Origin: Octopus sinensis
Taxonomy: Eukaryota
Direction of reading: 5' to 3'
NCBI RefSeq assembly: GCF_006345805.1
Contig: NC_043004.1
Location: 49,352,001 to 49,416,000, forward strand
DNA: 64,000 nt
The notes beneath the pieces were generated by a model. The model was not told where the DNA came from. It did not search any database and was given only the letters and a program-made list of their open reading frames with translations. This document shows, one piece after another, positions 12,033-24,290 of this stretch; position 1 is the stretch's first letter; each line of letters starts with the position of its first letter. The position numbers and the translations under genes are program-made.

Positions 12033-12559
12033 TACAGCCTGCAATGTGGAGTTTTACAGTCAGCAACTATTGACTTGGGGATCAAAATGATTTTAATCCC
12101 TTCAGACCGTAGTGATCCTGGTGGTGCTGTGTAGCATTGATGCCACCTGGGAATGTCTGAATTTGTTAGGCCTGCACTAGCATGCCTCCCGCCCCAACCA
12201 GTGTCATTTGTAACACTACTTTAACACTTTAGCATTTAAACAGGCCATATCTGGCCCCGAATATTCTCCCTGTTTTATGTTCAAGCTGGTGAGATCCAGC
12301 CTCCCATTCCTACACTGCAATATCATACTAAAAATAGATAATCACATCTTCGAAATCTCAAAGCTACAAGATAATGCAGGATGAATTTTATAAAATGTAA
12401 ATATATAACATTTGACAAAAGGAATTAAAAGTTTAAAGGGACAATCATACACTTAACATTTCCTTGAGGTTTTATTCTCAGTATTTAGCTTAGGTTTTAG
12501 TTCCTCATACCTCTAATATATCCATGATGAAATATTCACTGCTCTTCTCTGCAGTTCAC

Positions 12560-12836
12560 TAAGCACTGGTGCTGGTGCCATGTAAAGAGCACTGGTGATG
12601 GTGCCATGTAAAGAGCACTGGTGCTTGTGCCATGTAAAGAGCACTGGTGCTGGGCCACATAAGCACCTGGTACATTGTAAAGTAGTTGGTGTTAGAAAGG
12701 GCATTCAGCTGTAGAAATCACGCCAGAGCAGACAATGGAGCCTGCTGTGTTCCCCCCCCCCCAGCCTTACCAGCTCCTGACAGACCATCCAACCCTTGCC
12801 AGCAGGGAAACTGGATGGTAAATGACAGTAATGATG
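12560..12836 (+). mobile_element. RTE 3'UTR-derived element with a 21-bp tandem array
   Basis: About four copies of gcactggtg(c/a)tggtgccatgtaaaga at 12562-12660 followed by the RTE-type tail. Confidence 0.7.
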
Positions 12837-12862
12837 ATTCCACTCTGTATTCTTTTCCTAAG

Positions 12863-12948
12863 ACACCATCGACTCCACAGTCAAGACATTTTTGTTAAAC
12901 CAAAAATTTGCCAATAAGATCAGAGGATGGCTTTCTTATTTCAGTATG
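12863..12948 (+). CDS. Candidate coding exon TIDSTVKTFLLNQKFANKIRGWLSYFSM (unidentified gene)
   Basis: Acceptor tctgtattcttttcctaag|, open phase 1->0 frame, donor ATG|gtgagg; unique sequence between repeats. Confidence 0.4.
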
Positions 12949-13104
12949 GTGAGGGAGCACAAGCTTCTTCTCCAAATTTTCTACTAGCAATTTCCAGTCA
13001 TTAGTACTATTCAAGTCTGGGTCTCAACTTTCCTTCAATTAACACTAGTGTTTAATAATAATACACTCATATATTATATTCACACACTTGTACATATGCA
13101 GATT

Positions 13105-13428
13105 TTGATCGACTGGCCTCCGTGCCGGTGGCACGTAAAAAGCACCATCCGACTGTGGCCGTTGCCAGCTTCGTCTGGTCCCCGTGCCGGTGGCACATAA
13201 AAAGCACCATCCAATCGTGGCCGTCTGCCAGCCCCGTCTAGCACCTGTGTCGGTGGCACGTAAAAAGCACCCACTACACTCACGGAGTGGTTGGCGTTAG
13301 GAAGGGCATCCAGCTGTAGAAACACTGCCAGATCAGACTGGGCCTGGTGCAGCTTTCTGGCTTCTCAGACCCCAGTTGAACCGTCCAACCCATGCCAGAA
13401 TGGAAAGCGGACGTTAAATGATGATGAT
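13105..13428 (+). mobile_element. RTE 3'UTR-derived element
   Basis: Three ~60-bp internal repeats plus conserved tail ...ggacgttaaatgatgatgat. Confidence 0.85.
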
Positions 13429-13704
13429 ATATATATCTACAGATTGTATTTGCCAATCTTCTCTTGATTAGGGGAACTGGACTTATTGTAATATCTTCAT
13501 GCGACAGGTTACCAGTTGTGTATCCATAATGTTTTGCACATTTCATCTGCGAATTATTATAATTATATAATTCTGAGCTTTCTGAAATAGCTGTTAAGAA
13601 ATCACATATTTTATTCTGTATTTTTTGTACTCCATGTAAATATATCTATATAAAACCTAACTAGTACTACCTCTGTATCAGCTTGATTTGGATTTCTCTT
13701 ATAG

Positions 13705-13802
13705 TTACCCTTGATGGTGTGGGCCTTGCCCTGGACAAAGAAATTAAATCCTTTTGAGCACTATTGTGTTTTCTATACTGAGCATACCCAGCTTTCACCT
13801 GG
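13705..13802 (+). CDS. Candidate coding exon LPLMVWALPWTKKLNPFEHYCVFYTEHTQLSP(G)
   Basis: Acceptor ttggatttctcttatag|, open phase 0->2, donor GG|gtatgc; phase-compatible with 12863-12948 and 13952-14039. Confidence 0.35.
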
Positions 13803-13951
13803 GTATGCTCACCTAGGTATATATATATATATAATACACACACAATCACTCTCCACCAGATCATGTCCCTCTCTCTCTCTCTCTTTACCACATTACACCT
13901 TCTGTGAAGAACAATAGACAGTACTACAGTATTTAGTTAATTATTGTCCAG

Positions 13952-14039
13952 GGTTCTCTTAGCTTTTTATGGCTCTGGTGTTGATAAAATAAGTACTGAA
14001 GCTGATTTATCAACAATTCCCAATCCGCCATATTTATGA
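13952..14039 (+). CDS. Candidate terminal coding exon (G)VLLAFYGSGVDKISTEADLSTIPNPPYL*
   Basis: Acceptor ttattgtccag|, completes the GG|G codon across a 149-nt microsatellite-containing intron; TGA at 14037-14039. Confidence 0.33.
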
Positions 14040-14284
14040 CCTTAATACCAAATTCAGTAACCCTTGATGTTGCTTTTGTGATGTGCTCGCATCCATCTTT
14101 CTTAATTGTTATCATTATTTAGGCAGTGGTGTATGAGAAACACTGATGTTTAGTTGTATTGTTTTCTGTGTTTATATCCTGGCAAGATTGTTAAAGTAAG
14201 TACCTGTCTTGTCACTATAATGACATATCTCCTTAAAGTTGTGACCTTGTGTACATTTAAAAGCTTATCTTGATACATACATAC

Positions 14285-14318
<34 letters not shown>

Positions 14319-15239
14319 ATGTTCTAAGTTAAGTCACAGTTTAGAAAATGGTTTGTGATAGTAGCAAATATTTGAATGGCGCCTTTAATAACTGAACGGG
14401 AGATGTGGGCTTCTGTACTAATGGCAGAGGCGTATGTGTCAGTCATTCTTAAGAAGCAAGCAAAAGCTTTCACAGTATGTATCATTAGATTAGTTAGAAA
14501 TGAACGACCATGGCCTGTCTCCCATTGAATCAGCAGTTTTGGACAATCTGAAGAGTGATAGCAGTCTTTATTATTTCTGTTGAAATACATTACTATTGTT
14601 TCAATTAATTTTGAAAATAATTGCAGATGATGTGTAAAAGGTGCCATTGACATGCAGAAGGTACTCACTACACTCTGAGGAGTGGTTGGCATTAGGAAGG
14701 GTATCCAGTCAATGAAACTAAACCAAAACAGACTGGAACTTGGTACAGCTCCCTGGTTTACCAGTTCCAGTAAAACCATCTAACCCATGCCAGCATGGAG
14801 AACAGATGCTACATATGAGGATGATTATGATGAAGAATATAGTGAAATAGCCTTTTCCTCATTAAGCTGGTGTTTGAAATATAAATCAACATAAAAAGTT
14901 TTAATTTAAATAATTTTAAAACATGAAGTCTTTATCATGGAAACCAAGGGTGGTCTTTGGGTAGGTTGGCATCAAAAGGGTTAAAAGTGACATATTCAAA
15001 TTATAATGAATTCATGTGATTGTATTTATTTTAAGTCTTAATAAATCAAGACAAGACCAAGTACTGCTACTCGCCATTATTTTTAGATGGGCAGTAGATT
15101 AGCAGAATTATTCGAGTAATTTAGCTATGATATTCTATATTCTGAGCTCAAGACCTACTATGGTTGACCTTAGCAGCTTTCATGATTTCCTTCTCCAAAC
15201 TGTATAGTTCTTACTCTGATGTCACTCACTAACCACTAA

Positions 15240-15790
15240 CCTGTGGTAAGTTCTTCATGAGAGAAACACTTAGCATTCATGATGAGAATGAAGTCTGTGT
15301 GGCTTGTGTGTTCATTTGACTGGTAGCTCACTGAGTTCCTGGAATGATTGGGCCATTTGCATTGCAGAACTCTAGGTGCCTAATTACTCCTTATTCATTG
15401 TACCATACTCATAGGCTCCATGTACTCCATAGAAACCCTAATACATCAATGAGTTGCCAATAGCAGCTGAAGTAGTCTGGAGAAGGGGCTCTTAGTGGTC
15501 TTTCTGCTTATCTGCTGCCCTTACAGTAGCTTGTTTGCAGTGCCACTCTCATATTGTCAATAATTAGTTTTAGCTTAACTAACTTTCATTGACTCTGACC
15601 ACCACAATTACTTCATTCATTTCTCAGCTAATAGTGTATCTCCTCTGCCTTTTCTGTTGCTGCTATAAGCCATAAGAATTTGTACTGTTGTTCCTTGCTT
15701 GTGTGGTGTTTGGTTGAGGTTCTCCTCCATCTTTCCTCTTGTATCCAATACACATTAATCCATCCACTCTAGCATCAACACAATATCTCC
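15240..15790 (-). mobile_element. Decayed RTE-clade APE endonuclease fragment
   Basis: Minus strand VHGAYEYGTMNKE(fs)IRHLEFCNAN resembles the HGG.G.G.RN.EG..LLEFC motif; downstream DFILI-like motif. Confidence 0.6.
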
Positions 15791-16704
15791 TGGCCTACCT
15801 TTCAATATACTGACAACGATGAGCAGCAGCAGCTCTAAAGATGAGAATTCTGGTGATTTAGTTGGTTGGCATTTGACTTCAGCATCTGAAAAGGAAAAGA
15901 AATTGGCAATTTACCTTTTGAAGATTAGAATACTTGTGGATGGATATTCCATCTATGATTGGTTTGCTATTATTCACCCGCTCACTTCAATTCACCTCAT
16001 ATTATAGTCATTATTGTACTGCTATTAATAACATTGAGAATGTTATTCATGGTTGCCTTGTATGTTATTTGTTACTAGACAAAAAAGAAAAGAAAAAGCA
16101 GGTAGGTTACTAATGGTAGTGGTGGTGGGGACATAAGGACAGTTTCTTGAAATTAGCAGTGGTGTAGGAAAGCACCATGTTCGAGTAGTATATGTTTTGC
16201 CTTTATTGTATCATCAGAATAAAGTGATAGAAACAGAGACCATCCATTTGTGTAATATCTCTACTGGTCGAGGTTACCGTGTCCTTGCCCATGTATGTGA
16301 TCTGGGGAAGATTTTTTTAAAAGAAGACTAGTGAGAGAAGTCTTACATGCATTGCCCATACGTGTAAATCTTCCCTCTGTACACCAGTAATACTTATCCA
16401 AGGGAAAGGCTACTGATTTAGACCAATACAGCTTGGTACCAGGGTTGTAGTTGTTACTCTTATGATGCAATGAACGAAAACAGATATCACAAGGCATGTT
16501 TCCAAACCCTCTAACAATTTTACCAACCCACTGCTTTTTATTAGAACTTTTATTATTGACCCTGAAATTATAAGTATGAAAAAGCAAAGTTGATCTTGGC
16601 AACCCTCTGCAAGTCTGTCTATCCAATGCTCTTATGGCTACAAATTTAATAAAGATCAACATGCATTAAATTATATTGTTAATTTACTGAGAGAAAGGTT
16701 ACGC

Positions 16705-16968
16705 ATTGAGTCATCCCATGAATAATGTGGTTTTTTTTATACTCATTTTCTTTTTCAAAATTAAGATGAACAAATTTCTTTTTTAATTTAAAATATACTC
16801 TCCTTCATTTTCTACAATGCTCTTCCATCTATCTGGTAGACTTGCAAGGCCCCTCTTCCAAAATTCACTTTTATAGCGAGTTGATGCAAGTAGTTTATCC
16901 TGTCCCCCTTCGACTTCTGGTTCATGCAATTGAAAGAAAAACCGCATTGTTTATGGGATGACCCAATA
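16705..16968. mobile_element. Mariner-derived MITE
   Basis: Imperfect TIRs ttgagtcatcccatgaataatg / cattgtttatgggatgacccaata, similar to the mariner end at 36950-36977. Confidence 0.6.
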
Positions 16969-17479
16969 TATTTGTGGCTTTGCGGTTGGTGAGGAATTTT
17001 AAGCTGACCGTCAAAGTTTCCTAACTTTACATCTGTTGTTTACAGCTAATTGGAATTGAAGAAGCAACATGCAAGGACCAGTAGGGTTCATTTGAGTAAT
17101 GTCTGTTTTCCATAATAGGTTTGGGTTAGGGTTATTTGTGGTAAGTGTTAAGCCCTGATGTTCTTCCTGTTGCCAACTCAAGCCCTTTCTTTCAGATAAG
17201 ACTTAGTATGCATATGTGCATTTATATCTCCCTATGCGTTAGAGAGAAGGCATAGGGAGACACATGTACTCACATGATTACACACTTTTGCATGTATATA
17301 TATATATGTAGATACGTAAAAAGCACACAGTCCACTCTGTGTAGTGGTTGTTGTTAGGAAGCATTCAGCTATAAACCAGGTGTGAAAACCATGCCAAAAC
17401 AGACACAGAAGTCTGGTGCAAGCTCTTGTCAAACCATCCAATCTAGGCTAGTATGGAAAGCGGTTGTTAAACGATGATG

Positions 17480-17513
<34 letters not shown>

Positions 17514-19154
17514 TTATTGCCATCATCGTTTTAACAACCACTTTTCCATGCCATGCATGCTTGGATTGGGCAGAGTTTGAGGCAGATTTTCTATGGTTGC
17601 ATGCCTTTCCTATTGCCAGCCTTCACCTGTTTCCAAGCAAGGTAATGCCTAAACATCCTTACACAGAATATTGGAAATGAATGACACTGCTTGTATGACA
17701 ATAACAGTCATTTAAAACTATCTAGTGATGTTCAGACAAGGAAACACAAATATACAACACTCATACACATACATACACAAACACACACAGCAGGCTTCTT
17801 ACTGATTCTGTTTAGCAAATCTACTCTCAAGGCTTTAGTTGACCTGGGGCTATAGTAGAAGACACTCGCTTTAGGTGTCATGCACTGAGTTTGAGCCCAG
17901 AACCAAGTGGTTGGAGAGCAAACTTCCTAACCATACAACCACACTTGCACATGCACACACACACACACACTCTCTCTCTCTCTCTCACACACACGCTTGC
18001 ACAGGTATATTTACCTGTGTATATATAGTGATTCATTTAACATTCATATTTTTTCCATGCTAACATGGTTTGAACATTGATTATTTGTGGCAGGATTTTA
18101 TGGTTAGATGCTCTTCCCATTGCCAACTGTTACTTGTGATAGGCTTTCAGAAGCATAAAGGGACCAATCATAATGTTTACAAAGAGGAAACTATCATATT
18201 ATTGTTTCTATCAGCTAGTGACAAGTAATGCTGTGGGATGTCAATATTTGCAGTTGTATGCACGCAGATACAGATATAGATAAATATATGTACATTCAAT
18301 GAGTTTCTATCTACCAATTCTGCTTACTAGACTTTGGTTGGCATGGTTCTATAGTGATGAAATTCACTTGTATAAGATGCTGTTCTGTGGAACTGACCCT
18401 GAAACTTTAACTACACTGATATATTTCTAAAGTTAATATAAACAGCTAGGCATAATAAAATATCAGAAAGGGAAAATTGAATCACCACTAAATGTGACTA
18501 AGGGTACCAAAACACCTACATTGCTAGAAATAGGACTAAAATATTCCTGGTGCTGTAGGAAGATTGCAAATGTATAAACATATGCTGACAGGGAAAGAAA
18601 CTGCCCCATGACCAAATTGAGAATCTCTCAGACTAGACATCTAGTTTCGTGTATTTCCGTACGCTTTGACAGCGAATGCCGCCTGATCGGCTGGTGTTCC
18701 AGTCAGTCAGTGTATACGTATTTACCATAGAAATCTACGGATGATTTAGTGATATGTACACACACACACACACAGGTAAATATACCTGTGCAAGTGTGTA
18801 TGCATATAGGGTGTCTGTGTGTGAGTATGTGCAAGTGTGGGTGTATGGTTAGGAAGTTTGTTCCCCAACCTCTTGGTTTTGTGCTCAAACCCAGTGCATG
18901 ACATGTAAAACCTACTGCATGCGTTTGTGTATGTGTGTTAGTGTTGTATATTTGTGTTTCCTTGTCTAAACATCACTAGATAATTGTAAATGACTGGTAT
19001 TGTCATACAAGCAGTGTTATTCATTTCCAATATTCTGTTTAAGGATGTCAAGTCATTACCTTGCTTGGAAACAGGTGAAAGTTGGCAGTAGGAAAGGCAC
19101 TCAACTGTAGAAAATCTGCCTCAAACTCAGCCCAATCCAAGCATGTCTGGCATG

Positions 19155-20900
19155 GAAAAGTGGATGCCCAACAATCCTGGCTGCCCCATCATCTCCGCCT
19201 GTAACTGCCTCAAGGAACTGATCTCCAAATACCTCAACCGTGTCCTTGTCCCCCTAGTGGCTTACCTCCCATCACACATCCACGACATTAACCATGCTCT
19301 TCGTCTTTTCAACTCTTTCTCCTCTCCTAGCCCCTCTAAACTTCTCTTGATATCAAGAGTCTATATATGGTGATCCCACACAACGAAGGACTTCTTGCCC
19401 TCAAACACTTCCTAGACCTTCGACCCAACCCCCAACTTGACATGTCCACACTTCTTCATCTGGCTGAACTTGTTATCCCCCACAATTGCTTCTCATTCGT
19501 GGGGGAGTTTCACCAACAGTTCTCGGGAGTGGCCATGGGAACGAGAATGGGCCCCAACTATGTGAACCTGTTCGTTGGCTATGTTAAAGCCCAAATATTT
19601 TCAAGATTCACTGGTCTCACTCCTGAACTATATAGTTGTTATATTGATGACTATTGGTGCGACCTCACTCTCCTGTGAACAATTAGACTCCTTCCTCTCT
19701 TTTGCCCAATCCTTCTATGCTAACCTCGAATTTTTCTGCACCATTTCCCACACTTCTGTCGCCTTTCTCGACATTTCGGTCAACATACACAACCTTGCTC
19801 TCACTACCTCTATCCACTACAAATACACTGACTCACACTCATACCTCAACTTCTCTTTCTCCCACCCTTCCCACACCAAATTCTCCATCCCCTACTCCAA
19901 ATTCCTCCGTCAGCGCAGGCTCTGCGGTGACAACCATGACTTCAAGACTCAGTCTTAACTCATGGTTCGCCTCTTCATCCTTTGTAGATATTCCCTCACC
20001 ACTATCCACACTACCCTTGCCTGAGCACATTCTGTGGACCATACCTCTGCTCTCTCCTTGCACCCACCCCACCGATGCCCATCTTCTGTTTCCCCTCACC
20101 TACAATGCACCATTCTCTGAGCCTTCCAGTGACTCCAGTTCGACACCTCCACTTTGCACATCTTCCCCAACCTACTCCTTCCCTCCTTCAAATGAGCCCA
20201 CAACCTATGTGACTTCCTGGTCCACAGTTTTTTCCTTAACTCCACCTCCCAACCTGGCTTGTTCCCCTGCTCCTGCCCATGCCATTTCCGCTCTACTGGG
20301 CATTCATTACAACACTTGCCTGTGTTTGGATTGTCTTTGCACAGGGGCCATCTGAACTCCTGCCTTCACCGTGAACAAATTTTCTCACTTCGCTCCTTTG
20401 TGTCACATGGTCACAACTCCCCCTCTCTTCATCTGACTCACCTCCTCTCCTCTCTTCACTCCTACCCACCTTCTCCCTTCATTGATAACCCCCTCCATCC
20501 TCACTCCACCCCACACGTCAACTCCCACATCCTCACCTCACCACATCACACCACTCTGCACACACTAGCACTGACCACTTCCCAGCACCTACACCATCAT
20601 CCACACGTCAAAGTTACCAGCTCCTATCCACACTTACATGCATGCATGCACACCCTCGTTTTAGGATCACCAGTACTTTATTATCCTCATTTCTTCCTAG
20701 CTCTCCTGTATAACTACCTTTGTCCAACCAGTAGCCATGATTAACCACTAAACCCACAGGTTTTTTTTATTCTCTCTCTGTTTATTTCCTTGTGTTTCTT
20801 TCTGTTGAATAGCATAGGATCAAAATGTAAGAGACTTTCTCACCTTCCTTAGTGTCAAACTAATACACTTGTCTTCGTCTTTTGTTTTTCTGTAAATTTC

Positions 20901-20905
<5 letters not shown>
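19155..20905 (+). mobile_element. Decayed Penelope-like retroelement (RT, GIY-YIG remnant, pLTR tail)
   Basis: Three frameshifted ORFs give PNNPGCPIISAC, IPHNEGLLAL, GVAMGTRMGPNY, CYIDD, VAFLD, YKYTDSHSYL..SHP; C-terminal HSLQHLPVFG..HREQIFSLRS..HG.N; tail with degenerate hammerhead-like motif ~20797-20835. Confidence 0.9.
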
Positions 20906-20947
<42 letters not shown>

Positions 20948-22019
20948 TGTGTGTAGGCATGAGTGTATGATTTAGATGTTTGCTTCCTAGCCATGTGGTT
21001 TTGGGTTCAGTCCCACTGCATGGCACCTTGGGCAAATGTCTTTTACTATAACCCTGAGCTAACCAAAGCCTTGTGAGTGGATTTGGTAGTCAAAAGTTGC
21101 AAAACCCCTGTCATCCTCTACATGTGTTATGTTTGCTGGTTTGTAAGCTTCACTAATGGTGTCATTTGCTTGCAGTTCTCTATGGGAGCATGCCTGGGCT
21201 TCTTAAGCAAAGGGGTCATTTCAGTGTTTTCAGTTCTCCATATAATTTGCTATTTTTTAGAATGGAGGACTTATTATCTCACTTGGAATCAAGTAGGGTT
21301 GGCAATAGGAAGGGGATGCAACCATAGGAAACTCTGACCCATGTAAACATGGAAAATTAGATGTTGAAATGATGACAATGATATATATTTGCAAATGAGC
21401 GACACCACTTATTTGCCGCCAATATTTGTTTACAGCCAGCACACATTCTCGAGTCAAGGAGACACTCTCTCATACACACACACATCTATACATAAACATG
21501 CGCCTACCTTTACACACACACACAAACACATATACACACGCATACACATAAAGAAGAACACGAGTTGGGTTCAAAATTCACTTGTAAGCTCAATACTACA
21601 TACCTAGTCAATTCTGGTGCTCTACATAATGATATACCTAGATTCTAATGGATCCTGCAACTGATCTATATACACATAAATATATAAGTACACACACACA
21701 CACATATCAATAATTTCATTGGGGTAGTTAACCCTGGTGTTTACTGTATATCCATGTATATTGAAGTCATAAAATAACTTGCTCACTCCATTCTTATTTG
21801 TCATTACACACACACGCAATATACTTGGTAATGCATTCCGCTTCATTGAATCACCACAGCAGCATAATAGCATGGATAGAAGAGTACACAGATGATTGAT
21901 TGGAGGATAAGTGAGAAGCTGGTGTTGTTTTGATAGGAACATATTGGGCTGGGGATCCAGATGTGTACATATATATTGTTTCCAGCTCCCATAACCATCA
22001 CTGCCATTTTAAATCAGTT

Positions 22020-22600
22020 TTGTCTTTTTCGCATTAGGTAGGCAGGTCTTTTTGAGCAGTGCTTGTTTCCAGCCATCTTGGTCCTCCTGGGTCTCTGTCA
22101 TTCACAAGTTTCAAACACTGCAAGTGATCAACATTTCTTTATGCAGCTGTCTTCATCCATACCATTTACAATCCCCCATACCAATGCAATCTTCTCTTTT
22201 GCATGCTTTTCCTTTCAACACATTTTCATTCTGTCATTTATGCCCATCCAGCAAAGCATATGTGATTAATTTTTTTGCAGCCTTCATAGGTCCTGTTCAT
22301 TCAGTACCCATGACTCACTACCATGTAGGTATAACGCAGATAAAAGTTCCTTAAATTTTCTCAAACTTGTCTGGCTACTATACCTTCAGAATATCCTCCT
22401 CCACTGCTAATTATATCATCTAGGCAATTGGACCTATCTACTACCTCTAGAAACCCTCCTGGGCTTTTGAGAGGTTCCCTTGCATGTTTAATGTGTATTG
22501 CTCCTGAAGATCTGCCACATACAAAGTCTGTTTTCTCTGTTAGCCTCCTTTGATTCCACTGTACCTCTTGTTTGTCCATAATATGCGTTAAGTTCACTAT
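22020..22600 (-). mobile_element. Decayed RTE-clade LINE fragment
   Basis: LEVVDRSNCLDDIISSGGGYSEGIVAR resembles the RTE LEVVDSF.YLGD.ISSGGG.S..I.AR motif. Confidence 0.7.
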
Positions 22601-22741
22601 ATAAAATTCCTAGCCACACCTTTTCTATATTATCAGTAAGGCCATTTCCCAGATGGAAGCAGGGTCCAGTCTGTTTCCTTATTTACTAATACTTAAGTCA
22701 TTCCTAATACTATATAAATGCATGTGTGTGCATGTATGTAG

Positions 22742-22816
<75 letters not shown>

Positions 22817-23114
22817 ATATTCTATAATTTCAAACACAATTATAATCAGGGGTCAGCTAATTGCTTCACCATGCATTGACTTTAGAAATAGGAGTTAAAA
22901 TGCCTTTTCTGCTACCATAAAGATCTCCCAGACAGTAACACACTTTTTTACGTTGGCAAAAAGAAAAAAAATAAGGAATCCACATGACTCAAATTAGCTA
23001 CATACTCGTTTTGAGATTAAAGTAAAGTAATATTTACTTATTTCCCAGGGAGATCTTTATGGTGGCACAAAAGGCGTTTTGACTCCTATTTCTAAATTTG
23101 GTGCATGGTGAAGC

Positions 23115-23848
23115 AAGGAATGAAGCTAGTATTCTCTGCTGGATGTGTAATGTCAGTGTGCATGCACCCCGAGAAAAAAGTTGGACTTAAGAATCATCAG
23201 ATGTTGTGTGCAAGAGAGATGACTGCATTTGTATGGTCATTTGTTGCATATGGACGAGGACAGCTGTGCGCAAAAGTGTCACACCCTAGCAGTAGAGTTA
23301 ACCTGTGGAAGAGTTAGACCCAGGAAGACCTTGGATGAGATGGTGAAGCATGACCTTTGAATGTTAGGCTTCACTGAGGCGATGACGAGTGACTGAGACT
23401 CTTGGAGATATGTTGTGCTTGAGAAGACCTGGCAAGCTAAGGGAGACCATAACCATGGCCTAGGCCAGTGTCACATAAGCAGCCCATTTAAGAGTACCCT
23501 TAAATCATTGGGCAATAGACTGCGTTTGCAAAAAGCTGTTCAGGCAAGTGAAATCATTGTCATGGCTGATGACAGTACAGCCTGATTGGCATCCATGTCA
23601 ATGGCACCTAAAAAGCACCATTCGAGTGTGATCGATGTCAGTACTGCCTGATTGGCTCTTGTGCTGGTGGCACATAAAAAGCACCCTCTACACTCTCGGA
23701 GTGGTTAGCGTTAGGAAGGGCATCCAGCTGTAGAAACTTTGCCATATCAGATTGGAGCCTGCTGCAGCCTTCTGGCTTGCCAGCCCTCAGTCAAACCGTC
23801 AAACCCATGCCAGCATGGAAAGTGGGCGTTTAACAATGATGATGATGT
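23115..23848 (+). mobile_element. RTE LINE 3' end (ORF end plus 3'UTR plus (GAT)n)
   Basis: RNEASILCWMCNVSVH...LYGHLLHMDEDSCAQKCHTLAVE.TCGR.RPRKTLDEMVKHDL...RYVVLEKTWQAK, then the UTR shared with the short copies. Confidence 0.85.
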
Positions 23849-23975
23849 GTATTTATGTATATATATATAATATATATATATATTATATATATATATATAT
23901 ATATAAATATGTAGGTCCCGGGTTGATTCGGGGTTAACCACAGTAAATAAGGTACTCAATACATAGTAGAGTAAA

Positions 23976-24060
23976 ATTATATAGAAGGAGCTTCTACAGG
24001 ACTAGAACTGTTCTCTTGAATGAAACAGTTCTAGTCCTGTAGAAGCTCCTTCTATATAAT
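23976..24060. repeat. Perfect 37-bp inverted repeat with 11-nt loop
   Basis: attatatagaaggagcttctacaggactagaactgtt / ctcttgaatga / aacagttctagtcctgtagaagctccttctatataat. Confidence 0.95.
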
Positions 24061-24290
24061 AAATATATATATAAATATAAATATAAGGTTAGTTGAGTTA
24101 GAGGTTAAAATACTTTTGCAAAACGATCTTATGCTTTAAAAGCTTAATTTTAAACTGTCATATTTAACATTATTCTGCATATGTATATATATCTTTCTGA
24201 AGAATTTTTCTGATATTAATTTCCTAATATTTCACAATATATTGTATATATATATGTGTGTGTGTATGTATGTATGTATATATGTATGTA

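Noticed and set aside
11735-13270. Regularly spaced gtggcacgtaaaaagcacc repeats resembling a CRISPR array
   Set aside because: Spacers are homologous to each other and the unit is part of a dispersed RTE 3'UTR; eukaryotic context, no cas genes.
14324-14779. 151-aa minus ORF
   Set aside because: N-terminal part is an RTE-UTR repeat. The unique 80-codon part has an acceptor-like site but no convincing donor or recognisable homology; left uncalled.
16261-16662. 133-aa minus ORF
   Set aside because: Overlaps decayed S3 and S2 SINE sequence.
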